Source of the DNA: Balanoglossus misakiensis
Taxonomy: Eukaryota > Animalia > Hemichordata
Assembly (NCBI GenBank): GCA_040954595.2
Contig: CM082584.2
Coordinates: forward strand, 916,281 to 980,280
DNA length: 64,000 nt
Reading direction: 5' to 3'
Below, in pieces: positions 37,426-50,026 of the stretch. The notes below the pieces were generated by a model, which was not told where the DNA came from, made no database searches, and worked only from the letters and a program-made list of their open reading frames with translations. Numbering within the stretch: position 1 is the first letter of the stretch; every line of letters starts with the position of its first letter. Both the position numbers and the translations under genes were made by a program.

Positions 37426-40102
37426 CGTGACGTCGCATTGTAATTAACGGACGATCTTGGAAATTCGGCTATTAATGGTGAATGGACTTTCGCCTCCTTC
37501 GAACAACAACAGAGACTGACGTCGCAACAATGACAGAAAAAGTGAAGCAAATGGCCGACAAAACGAAGAGAATCGGAAAACGGGCAGGATCCTCGGCACA
37601 GACATCTGGGAATAATACCACCGCATCAAATAGAACGACGAGTAGTGCAGGACAAACCGCCACCAGTGACTATGACAACAAGTCTGAAGGCGATGCTGGC
37701 GAACCCTTGCACAATACAACTACAGTCCTACAGAGAAATGCAGCCCAGCGCCACTCAAGATTTTCCATTCCTGGTCTGGCAGCAGCCAAAATATGTTGTT
37801 GTTTTTTCTCTTAGAAGCGACCTCAGTCTGAGCTGCATGAGAATAAACTGTAGGTTGGGAATACAACAAAAAAACACGCAGTCGCTGCGGTCAACACGTA
37901 GCTATTAGTTTCGGTTTTATGTTCGCTACAGCTCGGAAACCAAAATGTGGTACAACTTCAAGCTACATAAACTGGAAAGCATAGTACGTGCAGAGCAGAC
38001 CATGGTGACGAAAGCAGGTATTCTAGGTCGTAAGATAAAAACACGGCGCTAGAAAAACAGTCATCAAAAGTTGCACGTGTTCCCCGGCCACAAATAATGT
38101 AATTGTTGGCGCACAGAAAGTCCAGTCGATAAACGTTTACGCTATAGAAACTCACTCTCTCAGCAAAAGTCTGACACCCTCGTCAATGACAAAACGCAAA
38201 CCGAGCTGGGTATGATCAAGTCAAACATAGGGCCAATCCCCACTCTGTGTTTTATTATTTTCCACATACGATGGTTCTAAATAAAAATGTACCTATTTGA
38301 AATGCTTACCGAGGTAAGATCATTGAAAGTTTTCAAACGTTGATGACAAATGTATAACTGATTTTTTACAAATGAATAATCGCGCACTTGCATGTTATTT
38401 TCTCTATACCAGACACCGCGCGCGCGCCGTTGGCAAAAAAAAAACGCGGAAAATTATTGAGCATGCGCAGTCGATACTTCACATTGTAAACAAGATGGCG
38501 TCGCTGCCTATGCTTCTGGACCGCTGTCGCCTGACTATGTCGGCAAAGAAGAGACGAATTTAACCATGCAACGCCATATCGGAAGACAGAATGATCGCGA
38601 GATGAAACCGGGCTATCCAACGATTAGGCAGCCATGTTGACTGATTGGTATGTCGCCGAAGTAATTATTTGCCATTGATTTGTTTACCAGAAACGGTTTG
38701 CCTTTGGAACACATTTGGCCTCACCGAAATTGATTTCAGAGGTTTTTTCCCAAAAACTAATGACGTTCGTTTTCACCTGAGTGCGAGGATGGATTGAAGG
38801 GACACAAGCTTTTGTAGCCACCAATATTTTGACACTCTTTATATCAATGTTGAGCTGGCATATTTGCTCCAATATGATGTAGTGTACCTGTTGCATTGAA
38901 ATGAAGCTGTAATAATATTACAGTGCAATCTAGTCCTTTGGGTTAATAGGAAAACGAGGTCAATAAATGACAGGTTTATTTAAATACAGGATATATTTAT
39001 CACAAGCACTTATGCATATGTATGAGATACTTATTTATTTTTAATTTATTTTTTATTTTTTATTTATTTTGTACGTTCAGGTAATCATATGGATTTGTAT
39101 GGAATCACATACACATTAATTGAAGACTATCATATCACAGAAGTCGAGCCGCCAGATGTGTAAGGTAACCATTTAGGTTTCATGACTAAGTTTGTTTAAG
39201 AATTCATAAAGCTACCCAATGAATGAATTTCCTTAAAATTTCACAAATGTGACAGAGTTTGCAGTTGTGCAAGAAAGTGTGTATTATTCACATAAGAATT
39301 TTTTCGTATGCATTTTTCTGATGGCAATGCATTTGACTGTAAACAAATATGGATGTCAGTTAGTAGTGCTATTTTGTCAGTGAAATGGCTTCATCATCAT
39401 CCCTCCAACCAAAGTTGAAACAGAGTTGCAAATATTGCACAGCTTGAAATCATAAAATGTTGCAAAATTGAACCAACCCTTTGGTCAACGATTATGTTCT
39501 TACAGCTATTATTAGAACCAGACAGTCTCAGGGAACAAGAGACATGGGCCTGATTTGCAAGTTGAGTTAGAACTGCCTTTGCCTGCCCACGGACGCCCCA
39601 ATTTCAGCAAAAATTATTGCATTAAAATATGAGTATGGAGAACTATGCTCTGTGTTTCTTTTGTTAGCTTACATAGCTGTTGTCATTCTAGTTTTTCCTC
39701 CGTCCTGTGAGCAGAGTTTTAGTTGCGAAAACCGACAGTTATCAAAGTACAAAAGTACACCTAAATTGCCTCGGTGATGAGCATGCAGAATTTATCTGAT
39801 GCTTCTTACTGGCAGAAGGACCCCACCAGTTGCAGATTGTGAATTCCATGGCACAAGGGAATTTACGCTTTGCGTTCAAATATAAATAATTAAATCCTGT
39901 AAAATTATTCTATATGTTATTTATTGATGATTCAAAAGTGTTATGACTGATTGTGTTAGAGTACCTGTATTCCATATAAGCATGCTGTCAGTGCACATCC
40001 GATTGATAACAATTTCACATTTTTAAAAATTTGCTTCTCTGAATAATTATGAATACATAAAACTTCATATGATATAAATTGTCCTGATATCGTAAACATT
40101 AA

Positions 40103-40557
40103 ACCCCGATGCGTGGTATAAAAGACCCCCCAAATCAGTGGCGAATCTTAATGCCGTTTGACTGACAACAGACAACACCAACGATCTTGGCTCTAACGAT
40201 CTTGGCTCTATGAAAATCGGCCCAAACAGATCCAAGCATAAAGAATTACACCACACAACGACAGTGGTTGGCTTTATAAACACACACAACATAAAGTTAT
40301 CGATGAAAAAGTACACGAGCTTTTGAAACAACGATGATTTTGGGAGAAATCTGGTTTCAGTGCTTTTCAGAAGCATCCCTGGGAAACAATAACCACGCCA
40401 TTCAAACAGCTGTCAATCGCATAGAGGTGTAAAGTGTTCAATTATTTTCTATGTACATGAGATCAATTACACAGTTATTATGCACGACGACCACTCCCAA
40501 ATAAACAACTGTACAAACACACGTTAATCCGAACCCCAGTACTTTCCGCACCGGGGT
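40103..40557. mobile_element. TTAA-targeting MITE (piggyBac- or Kolobok-type), right arm only
   Basis: TTAA|ACCCCGATGCG ... CGCACCGGGGT|TTAA; empty site GGCCTTAATG at ~30313-30322. Confidence 0.85.
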
Positions 40558-41655
40558 TTAAGGCCTAATGCTAGTGTCACAACATTGATTACCAGACCGT
40601 TTCCCTATGTATGTATGTATGTATGTATGTATGTATGTATGTATGCAGCCATGTATGCATGTGTTTGTGTGTGTGTGTACATGTGTGTATGCATGTTACA
40701 TGTATATATGGATGTATTTCTGCCCTGATCCAAAACATGAAACCACGCTTTTTTTATTTTGGTGTGTAGATGGGATTTTGCTTAAATGAAGTTGTCATTG
40801 CAAAAATACGCAAATAACCTGTGAAATATGTGGAATTGATCAAAACTCAACAACTGGTTAGACTGCTTTGAACATTTGTATGCATGTAGGTAATGTCATC
40901 ATACCTGATATACTTTGAGTTTATATCGTGAATTGTCTATTTTCATGCAATTATTTTGTCTTGTTTTACCATTTGAAAAAAAATCTTTTCCTCTTAAAGA
41001 GATTGGCTGATTTCTTTAGAATTTAGTATGACACTTCCGGTAGGTGATCTTAGTTGGTTTTGTTTAAATTGTCGCAGAATTTGTAATCTGTCATTTTTGG
41101 TCAAAATTCATTTTCTGAGAAACTCCTTAGATTGCTTTTAAATTTTGGTATGCTTGTTCCAAGAGGTAACCCAAGTAATGTTGTATATCATTTTGGTGAA
41201 ATGTACATATTGTGGTCTTGGGGCAATTTTTGCAATTTGTATTCTTTGAAACTACTAGTCAGATTGCTTTCAACTTTGGTAGGCGTGGTGATTGAAGTAG
41301 ATATTATACAATTTGTTGATAGTTGGATAGATGTGGTTTGAGGCAGTTTTTGTCATTGTTGAATGTTGTTTTCCCTAAAATACTTGTCTGGTTCCTTTGA
41401 AATGTTCTTACAGAAGGTCATATCTGCTTGCCAATGTCACATGATTTTTCCCATGAACACAGACATACCTAATTTTGTGTAATCCCCAGATGGGACCACA
41501 GTGTGTAATAACCTGACCAACAGTGACTAGTATATCCTGTGTGTTATACAGTACTTCTCACAAGGTTGAAGTACATGTAGACTGTTGATGATTTTTTGCG
41601 ATTCTTCAGAAACTTACAATACAGAGTCTAATGTGGTAACGTCCATGGTCACATT

Positions 41656-43150
41656 AGTCCTGTTTCAAAATGACCTACATTACACGTCCTATACACATGT
41701 ATTGCATGTTTTGATTGGTTTATCCGCTTCTCTTAGGTCCACTTGCGGCACGCTGATTGGAGGGACCTTGTAGGTTAGGTCTTATTATTATGTATTATTC
41801 ACTAGACCTTGTAGGTTAGGTCTTATTACTATGCATTTTTTGCTTTACAGCTCCCTGATTGGTTAACGTGTCAGTCTGGTCCCCCATGTGTTCACTGCCT
41901 CATAATACAGGACCTTGTAGGTTAGGTCATATTACTATGCATTTTTCGCTTTACAGCTCCCTGATTGGTTAACGTGTCAGTCTGGTCCCCCATGTGTTCA
42001 CTGCCTCATAATACAGGACCTTGTAGGTTAGGTCATATTAATATGTATTTATTCACCATACAGCTCCCTGATTGGTTAACGTGTCAGTCTGGTCTCCCAG
42101 TGTTCACTGCCTCATTGTGAAATGTCCCATGTGCTTCCTGGCTAGCATTGTGGTAACACATTATTCGGGATGTCCGCAGATCATTCATTAATTTTCTGAG
42201 AAATAGCCTGACTGATACTATCTCCAACATAAACCGCACCCTGGAAAGATTAAATGATTTTTAGATGGACTTTGAAAATCTGATTAACACATCTAAGCAT
42301 TTTTGCTAACAGTTGTATATTTTCTTAAATCACCCTCCTACTTCTCATCATCAATATTATTATTGTTGTTTTACTATTTTAAAGTAAATTTGTTTTGACG
42401 TAGATGTTGTGAAAAGGAGTACGTTGTCCGTTTATACATTCGTATATTGTTTTCATAAAAATGGAACTATGACGGTGCAGCTTCGTGAAAGAAGTACAAT
42501 AAAAGTAATCATACCTGTAAAGCAACTAATGAGGTATCCCAATTAAAGAAATGCAATGCTATTCTAAACAGTTCTATTGTAAGATATTTTTGGTTTGCTC
42601 GAATGAATAGCACACACTTCGTATTCAGCCAGGTGTTACACAAAGTGATGCGCTGAAAAGCATTACGTAACAAAACACTAGCCCATTTCAACAAACCGCC
42701 ACTGGAAATAAAATAAAAAAATTCTCCTGGCAATTTTTATTTCGAGTATCTAGTTCACAGTATCACAAAAAAATGCCATGAATAGTGAAGGAAAGGTTAA
42801 ATCCAATCATTATATGAGTGCCTTTCTTTATACACTGGGATCGAGCTTCGACAACGCGCAGGCAGCATGCCAGACAGAATACGACAACTGTATTCAGAAA
42901 GTACAAAAGACTTTGCATAACGAGGCAGTGAAAATTGGAGACCTACACATTAACCAATCAGGGAGCTGTAAAGTGAATAATACATAGTAATAAGACCTAA
43001 CCTACAAGGTCTAGTGAATAATACATAATAATAAGACCTAACACATAAGGTCCCTCCAATCACCGTGCCTCAAGTGGACCTAAGATTACCAGATGGACCA
43101 ATCACAGATGTCGGTACATATGTCATGGACCTGACTTATGAAACATGACT
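41656..43150. mobile_element. 1.5-kb non-autonomous DNA transposon with long TIRs and ~105-bp subterminal repeats, ATT TSD, right arm only
   Basis: ATT|AGTCCTGTTTCA ... TGAAACATGACT|ATT; 41710-41875 inverted at 42940-43105; GACCTTGTAGGTTAGGTC at ~41764, 41805, 41911, 42017; empty site at ~29190-29207. Confidence 0.88.
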
Positions 43151-43687
43151 ATTCAGAACTACCTAGTCTATGCCCGGCAGTGTTCTGTCCGCTTTGCTTC
43201 CAAAACTAATGTCTGGCCTCACTCATGCCACTTGCCCAATAAACTAATACCCCTTGCTGGGAATTATGATGTAACTAGCGTCGCTTTGAAGCCTATCACA
43301 TTACTGAACAGTGTTGATTTGGTGTAAGATTATAGTGAAGGCAGGGCTTATTACATTGAAAATGCTACCCAACCTTAATTACACGTATGTATATCATTTG
43401 TCTAATCATTGGAAAAACAATGTACATGTACCAAAGACTAAGTAGCTATTTGAAGGTGAATCGCAAGTGGGCACTTTCATTACTTAACCTCAAGCAGTCG
43501 GTTAGCTACCGTATACTAAGACAAACATTCCTGGTGTAATTAACATCACTGTCATTAGTAATATCTATCTCCAATCAGTATCAGTTCTGCCTTTATGTTA
43601 TTTTAAGTCAATTGTCAAGGTTCATGTACATATATTACAGCTTAACTGTCTTGTCAAAAACTTACGCATGTACATGTACCTAATTCT

Positions 43688-44894
43688 AGGCTTACCTGTA
43701 GGGTTAGAGATACAGTGTTTTATATTAATATGCATTAATATGAAACTAAAATTTGATGGTTAATTTAAGACCCCCCTGAGCAATGGTAACCTCATTAAAT
43801 ATGTGCATATCTAATTCTAGGCTATTCAGCTGAAGTAGAAACCTGGACATGGACAACTTCGGGGTCAAAATCTTTTGACAAACATTTGTGTGATCTTGGG
43901 TAAACTTTGACCTACATTCCTATATTTTAGCATCCGGAGCAGATACAACCTTGACACTTGGAGTGATGGAACTATTTGATTGAGTATTATGTCTTGCCTC
44001 ATTAATTATGTACTTACCTAATGCCAGCCTAACCAATAGGGCTGGAAGTCTGGCTTTTTGGACATGATAAATTTGAGATCAACATTTTTCTACAGCAGCC
44101 AGCCTTCTCTTAAAAAGAATGGACAATATAAAGGCTTTGATGGTATACTGAACTTTTGACTCCCTCCCTGAGACTGTGTGCCAATGACGGGATAGCCTAC
44201 TCAGCGTTGGGTAGATCCTAAGAAGGCCTCAGCCAGGCATCAAATACAAAAAGCGGAAATCCAAGCTTTAATGGTGGGTTACATCGTTAACTTCCCTGCA
44301 GAGCTGATTTCTCAGACTGTGAGCCAATGACGGGTAAAGCCCCTAGGTAGGGGCCACCTAAGACAGGCCGGTCATGCTTTAATCACAAAGAAGGGCAAGT
44401 TTAGTCTTACCACAACTTTGTCTGCTGTATATGCTTCATAAAGATTGCAGAGTATTTTGAGAATACATTGTGTTAAGGCAGTGTGACCAGCTAAAAAGTA
44501 CTGGCAAACACAGCCAATGTGTAATGAAAAACATCTAATTTGGCTGAATAAAAGACATAAAACACAGCAAAAGCACTGTGACTAGCTGAGACATAATATT
44601 CCATTATGCAGTTCCATCACTCCAAGTGTCAGGGATGTATCTGTGCCGGATGCCAAGGTATAGGAATGTAGGTCAAAGTTTACCCAAGATCACCCAACAT
44701 TTTGTCAAAAGATTTTGACCCCAAAGTTGTCCATGTCCAGGTTTCTACCGCAACTGGATAGCCTAGAATTAGATATGTACATATTTAATGAGGTTACCAT
44801 GGATCAAGGCAGTCCTAAGTAAACCATCAAATTTTTAGTTTCATGTTAATTCATGTTAATATAAAACGCTGTATCTCTAACCCACTGGTATGCC
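43688..44894. repeat. Right-arm copy of the 300-bp inverted repeats and conserved core
   Basis: 43688-43996 inverted at 44586-44894; core 44060-44590 matches 27790-28320 with very few differences. Confidence 0.87.
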
Positions 44895-45039
44895 ATTCTG
44901 TGTTTCATGCTACCCAATATGGGTAAGTAGGTAAAAAGTCACCCTAGGCCAATTGAAATTTTGCTGAAAAAATCACGTCTCTTACATATGTACATTTGGT
45001 AAAAGGGAAATTTTAATCACGGAGTAGAACATATTCATA

Positions 45040-46444
45040 AATATAGCTGCAAGCAGCGATGACGGGCCCAAGCTTAAGCCGAAGGTCAGAGGTCATAAGT
45101 GGTCACCCAAAATTTGGGCAAGAAATTTTGACCCCATACTGGTCCGTGTCCCACAAGAACAAAATCTCTAGCCCTATTGGTTCGCCTACAATTATATATG
45201 TGCATAATTAATGAGGTAAAGTGTAAGGCTCCATCAGGAGTTCCATCCCTCCAAATGCCAAGGCTGTAGCTGCTGTGCATGCCGAGATATGATAAAGTAG
45301 GTCAAAGGTCACCTGAGGTCACCCAAAATTTGGGCAAGAAATTTTGACCCCATACTGGTCCATGTTCAGCAAAAATTAAACCTCTAGCCCTATTGGTTAG
45401 CCTGGAATTAGGTATGCACATAATTAATGAGATAAGCAGGTGTCACAGGTGACCCCCAATTTTGGCTTTTAAATTTTAGTCCCAACCCTCCAAACGCCAA
45501 GTCTGTACCTGCTCTGGAAGCGGAGATATAGGAAAGTAGGTCAAAGGTCACCTGAGGTCACCCAAAATTTGGGCAAGAAATTTTGACCCTATACTGGTCC
45601 ATGTTCAACAAAAACCAAACCTATAACCCTATTGGTTGGCCTGGAATTAGGTATGCACATAATTAATGAGATAAGCAGGTGTCACAGGTGACCCCCAATT
45701 TTGGCTTTTAAATTTTAGTCCCAACCCTCCAAACGCCAAGTCTGTACCTTCTCTGGATGCCGAGATATATGAAAGTAGGTTAAAGGTCACCTGAGGTCAC
45801 CCAAAATTTGGGCAATTTTTTTTTTACCCTATACTGGTCCATGTCCCACAAGTACAAAACCTCTAGCCCTATTAGTTAGCCCAGAATTAGGTATGCACAT
45901 AATTAATGAGTTAAGCAGGTGTTACAGGTGAGCCCAAAATTTTGCCTTTTATTTTGGTCCCATTTTGCTCACGGGCCAATAGAGAGTCACAGTACAGGAC
46001 CATTGCACAGATGTGGACATAGCATCATAGCTTAACTATAGAAAGTATAGGCCTATGGCTGGGTCCAAAAAAATATGAAATATAATATTTAAAAATCTTC
46101 TTCTCAAAATTGACTTGGCCCAGAGCCTTGAAATTTGGCATGTAGGACACTGACCATATGGTCCGCAAAATGATTTCACAGAATTTTGATATCGTCATTC
46201 ATATGCAAATTAGGCCCATTTGAAAACTTTGCCCATATATGGTCATCAGGTCACGTGACTAATTAAACATTCACAAGAGTACAACTCATGCTCTCATTGG
46301 CCTGCACCATTGTGCCAAGTTTGAGATTTGTAGGTTCAGCCGTTTTCAAGATGTACTTGACGAAAAAACTACACAAGAAAAAGAAGTAGAAGAAAAACCC
46401 CAGTAAAACCAATAGGGCCCAAGCCTGCTGGGCTTGGGCCCTAA
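45040..46444 (-). mobile_element. Non-autonomous Helentron/Helitron2-type element with internal 240-bp tandem repeats, right arm only
   Basis: Hairpin AGGGCCCAAGCC-TGCTG-GGCTTGGGCCCT at 46414-46442; matching GGGCCCAAGC at 45064 next to stem-loop GCTGC-AA-GCAGC; 240-bp period (45300, 45540, 45780); inserted in an A-run without TSD (empty site ~27315-27335). Confidence 0.88.
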
Positions 46445-48761
46445 AAAATATTTGAGGGAAAGAAGGAAGTTTTTCATAGCTTTGGTGCGTCAATTAGTAG
46501 AGAGGTTCCCTTGTTATCCTTAGACTCAAACTCAGAGTTTCCAATCTTTCAGTATTTTCATGATATTACTTTCCATCTTAGATTTGTTCATCTAAACAAA
46601 CTGACTGATAGGTATACATGAACATTTTATTGACTAATGAATGTGCCTGTATGTTGCAATTTAAAGAAGTCAGATATTAAACAAGCGCCACACCTGTTTT
46701 AATCAGCCTCCATATGGAGGGTACACATCGCAGAGAGATGACAAACCCCATGCAAATTCAAGTAATATGTCTCAATGGTGCTGATTTTAAAGGATAGGTG
46801 GATGATTTGAAAAATGTTATTGTGGAAAAAGATGTGTAAAATTTGGCAGCTTGTGAGGCTTTAATTGTAAAATCTTTGAAATGTGTTTTACTCTTTAGGT
46901 CCAATTTTGTATATGTCAATATACCATTGGGACCAATGTGAAATTGTTCTAAACTCAGAAACTCAAGAAGGTACTGGTCAGATTGCTTTAGAAATTGGTG
47001 TGTATTTATGTTATTGAGACTTTATACAGATTTTATTTTTCATTTTTGAAGTATATTTTGGGGTGATTTTGGTCGTGATATACTCAGAAACCTCTACCCA
47101 CATTTTTTTTAAAATTTGGTTTGCATGTTTTTAGGTGTGATTTTATGACAATTTAACAAACCCAGTGATGGAAGTGACAATATTTTTTTTTTTTTTTTTG
47201 GCAATTACTGCCATTTTTGTCTGATTGCTTTGCAATTTAGTTTGCAGTTTCTAGGGAATTCTTACTGTGGTGCACAAAATTCACAAAGGTGATTTACTAT
47301 CCTCATGCGCTTTGTTGAACTGGCACCCTGTTGCAAAACAGACATTACAACACTCTTTGAATTGAATTCATAGCTACCAATTTTTCGGGGGTGTAGCACC
47401 TTTTTTATGCCTAAAACTTTGATCGAGAACTTCAAATTAAATGCAACCCTCCAAATATTTGCAATATTTCAGGTAAAATGATTTAATTTTAAAGCATAAA
47501 TTTTGATGTATTCATAATCATTAAGAAAAACACATTTTGAAAATAGAATATTAATCACACTAGCAGTCATAATACTTTTGAATCATCACTAAAGAACATA
47601 TAGAAAAATTAAACAGGTGTTAATTATTTATATTTGAACGCAAAGCGTAAATTCCCTTGTGCCATGGAATTGACAATCTGCAACTGGTGGGGTCCTTCTG
47701 CCAGTAAAAAGCATCAGATAAATTCTGCATGCTCATCACCGAGGCAATTTAGGTGTACTTTTGTACTTTAAGAACTGTCGGTTTTCGCAACTGAAACTCT
47801 GTTCACAGGACAGAGGAAAAACTAGAATGACAACAGCTATGTAAGCTAACAAAAGGAACACAGAGCATAGTTCTCCATACTCACATTTTAATGCAATAAT
47901 TTTTGCTGAAACTGGGGCGTCCGTGGGCAGGCAAAGGCAGTTCTAACTCGACTTGCAAATAAGGCCCATGTCTCTTGTTCGCTGAGATTGTCTGGTTCTA
48001 ATAATAGCTGTAAGAACTTGATCATTGACCGAACTGTTGGTTCAATTTTGCAACATTTTATGATTTCAAGCTGTGCAATATTTGCAACTCAGTTTCAACT
48101 TTGGTTGGAGGGATGATGATGAAGCCATTTCACTGACAAAATAGCGCTACTGATTGATGTCAATGTTTGTTTACAGTCAAATGCATTGCCATCATAAAAA
48201 TACATGTGAGAAATTTCTTATGTGTATGATACACACTTTTGTGCATGACTGCAAACTCTGTTACAGTTGTGAAATTCTAAGGGTTGAATGCATTGGGTAG
48301 AATTCATGTTTTTTGGATTCTTAAACAACCAGTCACGAAAGCTAAGTGGTTACCTCAGAGAAACTGTGTTAAATTTGGTCATCAATTGCTTTAAATCACA
48401 CAAGACATTCCCAGAGCTAAAGTTACTGCAGCAGTCAGTTTCAACTCAGCTTGCAAATTGGGATCATGTCTTGTGTTCATCGAGACTGTCTGTAGTCGAG
48501 TTGACAGTCCTATGGGGTCAATGATGAACCTACAAATGTTCTTTCCAATGAAATTGTTATAAATCTAATATTCAGGATTTGCATTCATACCTTAAACAAT
48601 ATAACTGTATTGCAAATATGGCAACTCTTCTAAGTTACATTGGAACACCTTCTCGCCACTGTTTGTGCCAAAATGGTGAATAAGCTTTCATTTTCAAGCC
48701 TTAACATAGGCACCCAAAACAAGACAACAGCATTGCAAATATGGCATTTTTTGTTCAACTC

Positions 48762-49420
48762 TTCTCATTTGCATAGTCCAAAATGGCCGCCAAACTCCTC
48801 TAACATGTAAATTTCCTATGGTCGTCTTAAATAGTGTGTAGTATCGCATTTGAAGGGTTTTCATCAATATGGGTACCTAAAACAATTTCAACGTGGTTGA
48901 CATTGCAATGTTAGACAGCTGTTCTAATTTGCATAATCTAGAATGGCCGACAAACTTCTCTAACATGTAAATTTACTATGGTTGTCTTTAATAGTGTGTA
49001 ATATCGCATTTGCAGGGTTTTCATCAATATGGGTAACTAAAACAATTTCAGCGTGGTTGACATGGCAATATTAGACAGCTGTTCTAATTTGCATAATCCA
49101 AAATGGCCACCAAACTCTTCTTAAATGTAAATTTCCCTGTTTTGTCTTATATGGTGCCTAAAATCGCATTTGCAGGGTTTTCATCAATATGGGTAACTAA
49201 AACAATTTCAGCGTGGTTGACATGGCAATATTAGACAACTGTTCTAATTTGCATAATCCAAAATGGCCGACAAACTTCTCTAACATGTAAATTTCCCTGG
49301 TTTGTCTTATATGGTGTGTAATATCGCATTTTCACGGTTTCAATTAATATGGGTACCTAAAACAATTTCAACGTGGTTGACATGGCAATATTACACAACT
49401 GTTCTAATTTGCATAATTCG
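48762..49420. repeat. 160-bp tandem repeat, ~4 units (only ~1.5 units in the left arm at 21670-21900)
   Basis: GTTCTAATTTGCATAAT at 48921, 49081, 49241, 49401. Confidence 0.92.
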
Positions 49421-50026
49421 AACACCTGCTGGATAATTTAATTTTTGCCCTTCTTGTCCCATGATTATATGTGTAATATCTCATTTTCAATGTGTTTACA
49501 TGTATATATGCAGAATCCATTTCAAACTAAGTGGGCATATTGTAGCGCCAATCTTATTTTTTAATCCGCACCACAGAACTGATGCAAGGTTTAGGACTGG
49601 AAATGTATGTGGCCACTGGCCGACACCCCGGGCGAGAGGTCTCCAATTATTTTCAGCACATAGTGTGCTTCCCGGTTGATAACATCAATATGTGTAAATG
49701 CCAAAAACCCGACCTATTGTAATACCAGTCAAATTTTCTTTGTCATTTACCATTTTTCTCTTGCATATGAACGTTTTTCTTAAAGAGTACATACCCATAT
49801 ACATTTGTATGGGAGCACACATCCCCACCCCCTGCCAACAATAATTGGACAACTTTATTCTTCTTATACTTCTTTTTAGTCTAAACATTCATATAGAGAA
49901 GGCAACATGTTCTTGAAGCTGCTGACTATGGAAATATGATGAAGTACATTTTCCTAGTTGTACATGTACAGTATGATAGGCCCAATGTACCAATTGGAGA
50001 TGTGTGCCTTACAGGCAACATACATG

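Larger units (their letters stand above)
39163..48355. repeat. Unit inside the right arm bounded by inverted copies of repeat A (39163-39950 and 47563-48355)
   Basis: 39560-39900 is almost exactly the reverse complement of 47615-47955. Confidence 0.9.
38456..50020 (-). repeat. Right arm (11.6 kb) of the giant inverted duplication
   Basis: See left arm; inner end at ATTGAGCATGCGCAG, outer end cut off by the 86-bp satellite. Confidence 0.95.

Noticed and set aside
44168-44373. Canonical SECIS pair, H/ACA snoRNA, or twister/hammerhead ribozyme
   Set aside because: No AA 11-13 nt after AUGA, helix too short, hairpins too far apart for H/ACA, ribozyme cores incomplete; kept only as an unassigned structure.
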